From Candidatus Uhrbacteria bacterium CG10_big_fil_rev_8_21_14_0_10_48_11 (GTDB taxonomy: Bacteria > Patescibacteriota > Patescibacteriia > GWA2-46-9), in NCBI GenBank assembly GCA_002793855.1, contig PFET01000012.1, positions 6,222-70,221 of the forward strand: DNA of 64,000 nt, given 5' to 3'. Positions 56,457 through 64,000 of this stretch are shown here, piece after piece. A program made the translations under genes and the position numbers. Below the pieces are notes generated by a model, which saw nothing but the letters and a program-made list of their open reading frames with translations, ran no database searches and had not been told where the DNA came from. How positions within the stretch are numbered: the stretch's first letter is position 1; each line of letters opens with the position of its first letter.

Positions 56457-57264
56457 CGTTAAGCACGATTACGCTAACAATATCCGGCGCTCCGCTTGTT
56501 GCAAATGGTTGCAGCGTTGCTTTTTGCCATAATTCTTCGGGCGTCGAACGAACCGAACTGATACTGCCAATCGGAATATTTGGGGCTAAGCCTGGAAAAC
56601 CAATACCGGTAACAACGACATCCCCTTCGGTAACGGTAGCCGTCTTTGGAATTTGCTGCACCGTAAGCGACAACCCCTCTGGGCTCGCCAATATGCCAAA
56701 GGCTCCATCATGTGCTGGTACTCTAGCCGGAATTTGCAGGTCGGAACCGCTCAATAAACGAAAGACGCTGCTCTGCTCTCCAACGTCGGCAATCACCCCA
56801 ATCAAATTACCATTGATAGTAACAACAGCAGAACCTTCTGCAATTCCCCGCTGACGTCCACCGTCCAAGCGCAACAAATCTTTAGGCGCGCGCGGATCAA
56901 AACCAATCACCTGCAATGGCACCACCGTACCGAGAATGGTTGACTGGAAACCAGTAATCGAGCGTAGTTCGTCGTTCTCTGCCGTTAGTTGCTCGAATCG
57001 TGCTCTATCAATAGCCAAGCGCGCTACCTCCCCTTCAAGGCTAGCTATCTTATCTGCTACCTCACCACCAACGAGCAAATGGTAGAATGTACCTCGCACG
57101 GTTGAGCTCATAACGTAAAGTCCCCGTTCAATTGGCTGCGTCAACCCGACAACGCGTGCGCTCATCTGTTTCCCCACGGGCGTCAGCTCAATAGCCACCA
57201 GTAAGACACAAAGGAGGAGGAAAAGTGCCATTCGCTGTCGCAGTCGAAACCGCATAGAAGGCAA
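56446..57264 (-). CDS. mreC: Rod shape-determining protein MreC
   Basis: TM, ENDELR coiled coil, GDVVVTG...PIG. Confidence 0.9.
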   Translation of the reverse strand: MPSMRFRLRQRMALFLLLCVLLVAIELTPVGKQMSARVVGLTQPIERGLYVMSSTVRGTFYHLLVGGEVADKIASLEGEVARLAIDRARFEQLTAENDELRSITGFQSTILGTVVPLQVIGFDPRAPKDLLRLDGGRQRGIAEGSAVVTINGNLIGVIADVGEQSSVFRLLSGSDLQIPARVPAHDGAFGILASPEGLSLTVQQIPKTATVTEGDVVVTGIGFPGLAPNIPIGSISSVRSTPEELWQKATLQPFATSGAPDIVSVIVLNDGA

Positions 57265-58326
57265 CTACGAACCGTACGGTAATTCTTGCGCTGAAGGAAT
57301 GGCAACTTCTTCTAAAAGTTCTATGCTGTCGAGCAAAATACCGGTTCCGCGCACCACGCAGGTTAACGGGTCATCGGCAACCCGCACTGGAATTTGGGTA
57401 GCATCTGAAATAGCGCGGTCAAGATTGCGCAGTAATGCTCCGCCACCAAGCAATACAATACCGCGCTCGTAAATATCGGCAACGAGTTCGGGTGGAGTTA
57501 TCTCGAGAATGCCCCGAATGTGTTCAATAATCGTTTTTACTGACCGGGCCATGGCTTGCCTGACCTGCGTATCATTGACGGTCACTTCTTTTGGTAAACC
57601 GCTCACCAAATCACGGCCCCGCATACTGGTCTCTAGCGGCTCCTCAAGTGGCGCTGCTGAACCAACGGCAATTTTAATGTCCTCAGCAATACGCTCGCCG
57701 AGCAGCAGATTAAACTGATCTCTAGCAAACTGAATAATATTTTTGTTAAGTTCGTCACCGGCCAATCGAAGCGATTTTGCCGTCACAATGCCCCCAAGTG
57801 AAATAACGGCAATTTCCGTTGTGCCCCCGCCAATGTCAACCACCATGTTTGCAGTCGGCTCTTGCACAGCAAGACGCGTACCAATAGCTCCCGCCATAGG
57901 CTCTTCGATGAGGTAGACCGCCCGAGCGCCGCTCGCCCGAACCACATCCTCTACTGCTTTGCGTTCGACCTCGGTTACCTCGGTCGGGATAGAAATAACG
58001 ACCCGTGGACGATTTAAAAGGGAAAAGCTTTCTTGCTGCACCTTATCCATAAAGTAGCGCAGCATTTTCTCGGTTACCTCGTAGTCAGAAATAATCCCGT
58101 CCACAAGCGGTCTCGTTGCTACGATGTGTGCCGGCGTTTTACCTACCATGCGCTCTGCTTCGTGCCCAACGGCAACAATCTGATCGGTGCGAAGATTAAC
58201 TGCGACAACCGACGGCTCATTAATGACAATGCCACGATCTTTCACATACACAAGGGTATTCGCGGTACCAAGATCGATACCGATATCTTTCGTTAGTCGA
58301 CCAAGTGCTCGTCCAAAAATGGTCAT
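57265..58326 (-). CDS. mreB: Rod shape-determining protein MreB
   Basis: IDLGTANT, VDIGGGTTE, GGGALL, DDPLTCV. Confidence 0.97.
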   Translation of the reverse strand: MTIFGRALGRLTKDIGIDLGTANTLVYVKDRGIVINEPSVVAVNLRTDQIVAVGHEAERMVGKTPAHIVATRPLVDGIISDYEVTEKMLRYFMDKVQQESFSLLNRPRVVISIPTEVTEVERKAVEDVVRASGARAVYLIEEPMAGAIGTRLAVQEPTANMVVDIGGGTTEIAVISLGGIVTAKSLRLAGDELNKNIIQFARDQFNLLLGERIAEDIKIAVGSAAPLEEPLETSMRGRDLVSGLPKEVTVNDTQVRQAMARSVKTIIEHIRGILEITPPELVADIYERGIVLLGGGALLRNLDRAISDATQIPVRVADDPLTCVVRGTGILLDSIELLEEVAIPSAQELPYGS

Positions 58327-59570
58327 AAGTACTGTGCTACTAGTGCTTCAAGGCCATCAACCAAGTTCGATTCTTCTTCGATCCTACGCTTAACTTCAAT
58401 CTTCCCTGCACTCATTGTTTTTTCGCTAACCACTACCCGCAGCGGCAGACCGATTAAGTCAGCATCTTTCAATTTGATACCAGCAGAAAGATCGCGATCG
58501 TCGTAGAGAGGGCTCACGTTCTTTTTTCGCAAGTCGGCGTAAAGTGTGTCGGCGGCAGCAACGACAGAAGGTGAATCACCAAGTCGCACCACATGAACAT
58601 CGTAAGGAGCAATTGCTTTAGGCCACGCGATACCCCGATCGTCATGGTGCACTTCAACAACGGTCCCCATAACTCTCCCGAGTCCGATACCGTAGCAACC
58701 CATGAGGACGGGCATTTCCGTTCCACTTTCATCCTTGAAGGTAAGGCCGAACGGCGCTGAGTATTTTGTTTTCAAAGAAAAAATGTTACCAACCTCTATC
58801 GCTTTTTGTTCTATAAGCTTTCCTCGATCCGCCTTGCACTGCGGACAGTTTGGTTGCTCGGCAATAATTTCATCATTGATAGCAATTCGGCAGGTAGGAC
58901 AGAGGTAGATAGTATCTTCGCCAGCGGCAGTAAGCGTCTGAAACTCGTGCGAGTACTTAGCAAACGAACCGCCAGAAGCAAAAGTGAGAACGGTCTCTTC
59001 ACCAATGCCACAGCGTTTAAAAATTTTTACATAGGCCTCTTTGACGACGTCGTAGTAACGCGCTAGGTCAGCCTCATCACGATGAAACGAGTACAAATCT
59101 TTCATAATAAACTCACGCCCTCTAAGCATACCGGACTTGGCACGGAGCTCTGCTCTAAACTTTGTCTGAAACTGATAGAGCGCAAGCGGCAAATCTCGAT
59201 ACGAATGTACGTCGCGCTTAACGAGCGGCGTAATAATTTCCTCGTGGGTAGAGCCAAGGGCATAGGCGTGACCACTTTCATCTTCAAGTTTGTACAACGG
59301 GTCGGGACCATCCCAGCGACCAGTAACCATCCAGTTCTCTTTTGGATGAAGCGCTGGCAACAGCAATTCTTGTCCTCCAATCTCAGTGAGCTCTTCTCGA
59401 ATAATATGTTCAATGTTCTTTAGTACCCGATACCCAAGGGGTAGATACGAGTAAACACCCGCCATCAACTTATCAACGTAGCCTGCCTGCTGCAGCAACT
59501 GAGCATTCGTGCTCTGGTCATCGCGAGGCGGCTCTCGGAGAGTTTTACCAAATAAAGTAGATTGCAGCAT
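58323..59570 (-). CDS. proS: Proline--tRNA ligase (no editing insertion)
   Basis: THEE, REFIMKDLYSF, IEVGNIF, MGCYGIG. Confidence 0.96.
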   Translation of the reverse strand: MLQSTLFGKTLREPPRDDQSTNAQLLQQAGYVDKLMAGVYSYLPLGYRVLKNIEHIIREELTEIGGQELLLPALHPKENWMVTGRWDGPDPLYKLEDESGHAYALGSTHEEIITPLVKRDVHSYRDLPLALYQFQTKFRAELRAKSGMLRGREFIMKDLYSFHRDEADLARYYDVVKEAYVKIFKRCGIGEETVLTFASGGSFAKYSHEFQTLTAAGEDTIYLCPTCRIAINDEIIAEQPNCPQCKADRGKLIEQKAIEVGNIFSLKTKYSAPFGLTFKDESGTEMPVLMGCYGIGLGRVMGTVVEVHHDDRGIAWPKAIAPYDVHVVRLGDSPSVVAAADTLYADLRKKNVSPLYDDRDLSAGIKLKDADLIGLPLRVVVSEKTMSAGKIEVKRRIEEESNLVDGLEALVAQYL

Positions 59571-59597
59571 AGTCGTAAAGTTGTCTTATTGTACGAG

Positions 59598-59630
59598 AAA
59601 AAAAGACCGTCGTCAAAGCGGCGGTCAAAA
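59598..59630 (-). terminator. Terminator after surface-protein gene
   Basis: GACCGCCG-CTTTGA-CGACGGTC then T7. Confidence 0.7.
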
Positions 59631-59646
59631 GCCAATGACAAGCTGA

Positions 59647-62562
59647 TTAGAAGGTCACGCTGCCTGTTGCTAGTGGTACTCCGGCAACCTCGGCTGCAAT
59701 TCGAGAATCACGACCAATGGTTTCGACACTTAAGAGCTGGAGCGCAATGGTATCCCCAGTAACACCGTCCGTTGTATTAACGTAAACCCGCAAGCGCATG
59801 ACTTGACCAGGCGCAAGGGTCGGTCCGGTTACTCGATTACCACCGCTACCGCTTACGGGTGAACTTATGGTTGAGCCACGTGTGTACCCAGTTGTCGCAT
59901 CCACTAACCGCATACTCGCATAGCCACGGGTGACCGATAGGCCACTCGAACCTGGTGCATCAATAAAGGTAAGTCCGCTTAACTGAATATCCTCGGCGCC
60001 AGAGGCAGTAACGGTAAAGCCGGCAACTGGCACATTTCTTCCGGTGGTTGCCGTGCCGCCAGTGAAAGTTGTGTCGGGTGAAACCGTAAGCACACTTCGC
60101 TCTACTACCACCGCTGTTGTTTGTTCATTTCCATAAGTCACACTGATGAGCGCGCCCGATGTTTTGCCGTGCGCGGTAATGCCGCCAATCGTAAACTGTG
60201 CCACCGAACCGTCGCTGGCAAACGAGGAATCAACCAGCAGGTCGTACCCGTACTCGCGATTAGCGGGAATAGTCACGCTCAATGGAAAACGATAGGATCC
60301 ACCACTTGGTGAGACAATGGTTACATTGCCAAGTTTCAAATTAGAAAAGCCGTGGCTGTAAATAACCGGAGACGAACCGATAGGCTCCAGCACCACTTCG
60401 TCTATTTTGATATCCTCTCCCGGGCTTGCTTTCAAGAGCAATCGTCCAATTTTCGCTCTCACTTTACCGGCCGGTATTGAGGCGGCAGTGAACCGCGGGT
60501 CGTTTCTGACAAAGAGAGAAATTTCCTGTGTTGCACGAACAGGTCCAGCAACAACCGTTGCAAAAGTAACCGTGTTTGTCTCTCCGCTTACGGTAAAATG
60601 AAAATTAGAAAAATTAACTTGATACGAGTCGCTTGCCTGGACGGCATCGCTTAGGCTCCCTACTAATTCATACGTATAGGTTTTACCGTTTACTAATATG
60701 GGCGCTGTCGATAGATAGGTGGTAACTGAATGGTCGGTCACCGTATCGGCATCAACGGTGGCTATGCGATCTCCTCCTTTTAGTCGCAAAGAAAGCGAGC
60801 CAAGAAATTTTGTGTGTGGTGCAGTTGTTGCAACTTCGATAGTCAATCGATCCCAGCGCAGGTTTTGTCCACTTGGTCGAATATCGATACTAGCAAGTAC
60901 GGTGTCGCTTGCCCCCTTTGTTAATGGACCACTCGGACTATTGGTAGACAGCGCCACAACAACACTTCCGCCAATAATATGCAGGGCATTAACGCCCGTC
61001 AGTAAGGTACTACCGACGGGAAAACTGCCGCCAATACCCGCAGACACAGCAGAAACTGCATAACCGAAACTGTTTCCCACGGCATAGATATCATAGTCGT
61101 TTTCAATAATAAACTGTGCCTGACGGTCGTTACCCGATATAATATCGCCGCGTAAAATAAATTCCTGACTCTGTCCGGCACTTATACTGTACGGCGAAGT
61201 AAACCGAAGAGCGACCGTGTTACCACTCGTTGAACCAGCTACAGCGACTGACCTACTGCTGCTATCAACCAGTTTCAGATGTGCAAAATCATCAATTGAC
61301 CCATTGCCAACCATCGTCAGCACAAGCCGTTCAACGCTTACGGACTCTCGTCCAGTCTGCACGGTAAACTTAAAACGGTTGAGGTCTTGGTTGATTTCGC
61401 CTACACGAATATCGCGTGCACCACTGGAGAGCTGCACAACGGAAACCTGCAGCGAACCTATAAGTGCCGTGCTATTCAACACGGTGTAGGTCCTACTGAG
61501 AAGCGGAAAGGAACCCGTTATGGTTCCTCCGGTCGACTCTATATCAGCCGCGTTCTCTAATGAAAATGTAACCGTACTTTGACTACCGGTTGCTAACGTT
61601 GTGGCAAAGTTTGCCGTTAGGGTCAGTGACTGTGTTTGGTTGGCGGCAACCGAAACTGGTTTTAGAAAAGTAAAATGCACAGCTCCGTTCACAAATTGCT
61701 GCGGTCGGGTGAGCGCAAAGCCGCTCTCGTCAAACACGAGTAAGCTGGTAACGTCCCGATCTTGCAGGAAACCACGTCTGGTAATAGTGATAGCCTCCAC
61801 ACTAGCCGTACTGTCTCCTCCGTGGAGCACAATCTTTGCTACCTCATTTCTGGTTGTTCCAGAGGGTACCGCTACGGGAAGGCTAGTCACCGCGAGGCTG
61901 ACAGATAACGCAGCGCTTGGTGGTGCTGTCGGTGGTTCGGGTGGTGCAGGCAAGGTGTCTAAACTTAACGGATCGATTTGCTGATAGCCGTCAAGCAGTG
62001 GCTGGGGAACAGTAAGAACGTCAGACCAACGAAAGCCCGCTGCAGTAAAAAGATCGGGGGACGGAATAAGCGCTCTCGTCTGTGCGGTGTAATCCAGATA
62101 ATAAATGTTTGGATCGTCTGCTATTTTCACCAGCCGACCATTTCGTAATGTTCGACTATCGTCTCCACTTATATGCACTATATCCTTCCACTGCTCTCCA
62201 GAATCAAGGAAGCTTTTTTCTGTCGGAAACCAGACCTTCTGTCCACTTAACTGGTCTAAAAGATAAACGCGAGGACCCAACGATGACTTAATAAGTCGTA
62301 AAGGAGTAAACGCTTGCAACGTCGAACTACTGACGTCTTTAATATGAATGAACCGATAGGCATAAGACTGCAATACATCGAAATTTGGAATATAATGCCG
62401 AATCCCGTCAATTACCGCATAAATCTTTTTTGTACTTTGGTCGCGCAAAAGCTGAACGTCTGCATCAAAATAAGAAGTTGCGTGCGCCTGTGATGCACCA
62501 AACAAACACACTAGAGTAAAGAGTGCCGAGAAAAGTATTTTGCTCTGTTTTTTAGGCGTCAT
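59647..62562 (-). CDS. Large secreted surface (S-layer-like) protein
   Basis: Signal peptide (ASQAHA), three N-terminal repeats, Pro-rich linker, tandem Ser/Thr/Gly-rich beta domains; ATG 62562 lies 8 nt after TATACT. Confidence 0.8.
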   Translation of the reverse strand: MTPKKQSKILFSALFTLVCLFGASQAHATSYFDADVQLLRDQSTKKIYAVIDGIRHYIPNFDVLQSYAYRFIHIKDVSSSTLQAFTPLRLIKSSLGPRVYLLDQLSGQKVWFPTEKSFLDSGEQWKDIVHISGDDSRTLRNGRLVKIADDPNIYYLDYTAQTRALIPSPDLFTAAGFRWSDVLTVPQPLLDGYQQIDPLSLDTLPAPPEPPTAPPSAALSVSLAVTSLPVAVPSGTTRNEVAKIVLHGGDSTASVEAITITRRGFLQDRDVTSLLVFDESGFALTRPQQFVNGAVHFTFLKPVSVAANQTQSLTLTANFATTLATGSQSTVTFSLENAADIESTGGTITGSFPLLSRTYTVLNSTALIGSLQVSVVQLSSGARDIRVGEINQDLNRFKFTVQTGRESVSVERLVLTMVGNGSIDDFAHLKLVDSSSRSVAVAGSTSGNTVALRFTSPYSISAGQSQEFILRGDIISGNDRQAQFIIENDYDIYAVGNSFGYAVSAVSAGIGGSFPVGSTLLTGVNALHIIGGSVVVALSTNSPSGPLTKGASDTVLASIDIRPSGQNLRWDRLTIEVATTAPHTKFLGSLSLRLKGGDRIATVDADTVTDHSVTTYLSTAPILVNGKTYTYELVGSLSDAVQASDSYQVNFSNFHFTVSGETNTVTFATVVAGPVRATQEISLFVRNDPRFTAASIPAGKVRAKIGRLLLKASPGEDIKIDEVVLEPIGSSPVIYSHGFSNLKLGNVTIVSPSGGSYRFPLSVTIPANREYGYDLLVDSSFASDGSVAQFTIGGITAHGKTSGALISVTYGNEQTTAVVVERSVLTVSPDTTFTGGTATTGRNVPVAGFTVTASGAEDIQLSGLTFIDAPGSSGLSVTRGYASMRLVDATTGYTRGSTISSPVSGSGGNRVTGPTLAPGQVMRLRVYVNTTDGVTGDTIALQLLSVETIGRDSRIAAEVAGVPLATGSVTF

Positions 62563-62603
62563 TCGCTTCAAGTATAGGGAAGAGTACGCCTAAACTCAAC
62601 CAC

Positions 62604-63704
62604 CTACCACAAATGAGGAACCGCAAGGTGTAAGCGAGAAATATCAAAAAAGGTCACCACTAAGACCAAGAGAAGTAGAAATGAAAACCCAATCTGATGA
62701 ATTCTCGATTCAACGTGCGACGGAACCGGCTTTCTACGAACTGCCTCAATAAGGATAAAGAGTAGCCGTCCACCATCGAGCGCCGGCAACGGCAAAAGGT
62801 TTACGAACGAAAGGTTGATAGACAAAAGCGCAACAAATTGCAAAAGGTACAAAAAACCAAGATGCACCACGTTGCCGGTTACCACTGCAATGCCGACTGG
62901 TCCGGCAATATCGATGCCAGCGGGTGATCCGCGGACGAGATTACCAAGGGCATTACCTAGGGTAGTTACAATAAGCACAAAACTTTCGCCAGTCATCTTT
63001 AACCCCTCCACGGGTGCTTGATACCAAGGGTAACGCACAATACCGATAGTGCTAAGCTGCACGCCAAAACCAATAACCGGTTCAGCTGTACCTTCTATTG
63101 CTAAAGCGGTTGGTGTCAGTGTCACTGTTCGCTGGGTTCCTTCTTTACTAATCGTTACGGCAACTGGCTGGTCTGCATGTGCGCGTACATAGCCCTGCAA
63201 ATCTTGCAGACTGGAAAAAGTATGCCCGTCCAGTGCTACCATGCTGTCACCATCAGCAATAACACCATCTGCTGGGGCATCTGGCACTACCGCCATAACT
63301 CGGTGCGTCGCGCTCGTAACAGTCGTTGCTGCTGGCGCGCCATCCGTAATGTCTTGCGGCATGCCAATACCAAAACCAATACTGAATAGTGCGACGGCAA
63401 CCAGTGCATTCATGATAACTCCAGCAGCGATAATGAGTGCGCGTTTGTACACAGGCTGAACAGAAAAACTGTCAGGAGAACGATCGTTCTCGTCTTCACC
63501 CTTAATACGAACGAATCCTCCTAGCGGAATCCAGTTTAAAGAAATTACTGTTTTTCCTTTGGCCCAACGAGCAATAGCTGGTGGAAAACCGATACCAAAC
63601 TCTTCAACCCCCACCTTAAAGAAACGAGCGGTCGCGTAATGACCGTACTCGTGTACAAGTACCAAAAGAAACAAGGTTAAAATAAAAACCAGTACGCCTA
63701 ACAT
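62604..63704 (-). CDS. rseP: RIP metalloprotease RseP (M50)
   Basis: HEYGH, PDZ-like middle, NLLPLPALDGG. Confidence 0.95.
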   Translation of the reverse strand: MLGVLVFILTLFLLVLVHEYGHYATARFFKVGVEEFGIGFPPAIARWAKGKTVISLNWIPLGGFVRIKGEDENDRSPDSFSVQPVYKRALIIAAGVIMNALVAVALFSIGFGIGMPQDITDGAPAATTVTSATHRVMAVVPDAPADGVIADGDSMVALDGHTFSSLQDLQGYVRAHADQPVAVTISKEGTQRTVTLTPTALAIEGTAEPVIGFGVQLSTIGIVRYPWYQAPVEGLKMTGESFVLIVTTLGNALGNLVRGSPAGIDIAGPVGIAVVTGNVVHLGFLYLLQFVALLSINLSFVNLLPLPALDGGRLLFILIEAVRRKPVPSHVESRIHQIGFSFLLLLVLVVTFFDISRLHLAVPHLW

Positions 63705-64000
63705 TAAATGGTATTAATTTCTTTCTCCTTACGATTACCTATATCTTCTATTTTCCCAAGATACTGACGGGTTAACTCGTCGAGCTCCTTAATGGCATCA
63801 AACCGATCGTCTTCAGTTATTTCCTTTGCCTTTTCTGCCCGCTGAATTGATTCTTTGATTCGTTCGCGCACTTGACGAACCTGCACCCTTCCCTGCTCCA
63901 GCTTTTGGCCTAATACCTTCAAAAGATTCATCCTCGTTTCCTGGGTCAACGATGGCAACGTCAAATGAAGAAGCTGACCATCATTTTTAATGCCAACATT
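63704..64000 (-). CDS. frr: Ribosome recycling factor (3' part)
   Basis: LPSLTQETR, EQGRVQVRQVR, ITEDD, KEKEINTI. Confidence 0.92.
   Translation of the reverse strand, partial: NVGIKNDGQLLHLTLPSLTQETRMNLLKVLGQKLEQGRVQVRQVRERIKESIQRAEKAKEITEDDRFDAIKELDELTRQYLGKIEDIGNRKEKEINTI

Noticed and set aside
1-64000. CRISPR arrays, IS elements, introns or inteins, rRNA and tRNA
   Set aside because: No periodic direct repeats, transposase, integrase or RT motifs seen by eye; gyrB and dnaE have normal lengths

Overview
Housekeeping-rich chromosomal segment from a small-genome bacterium. Gene content, short intergenic spaces, Shine-Dalgarno (SD)-poor starts and lineage-typical hypothetical and surface proteins suggest Patescibacteria/CPR (inference). 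It encodes glycolysis (gap, pgk, gpmI, eno, ppsA), translation (tsf, rpsB, rpmE, prfA-prmC, rplY, secE-nusG-rplK-rplA, thrS, pheST, metG, proS, gatB, frr), a dTTP cluster (kinase-dcd-thyX-tmk), replication/repair (gyrB, dnaE, DciA-like, UvrD-nuclease fusion) and the elongasome (rodA, pbp2, mreBCD). No rRNA, tRNA, CRISPR array or mobile element was seen. The most interesting signals are outside the ORF track: (1) three dispersed promoter + leader peptide + attenuator cassettes, Leu-rich (before an orphan leuA), Ile-rich (before a stand-alone citramalate-synthase regulatory domain without its catalytic barrel) and Val/Ile-rich (before tiny or decayed ORFs), plus a fourth leader-terminator cassette; (2) a compact transcriptional T-box before thrS with the Thr specifier in an ultrashort stem I; (3) an intact but apparently catalytically dead enolase in the glycolytic operon while the working enolase lies 40 kb away; (4) a structured GC-rich candidate ncRNA between gyrB and secE.
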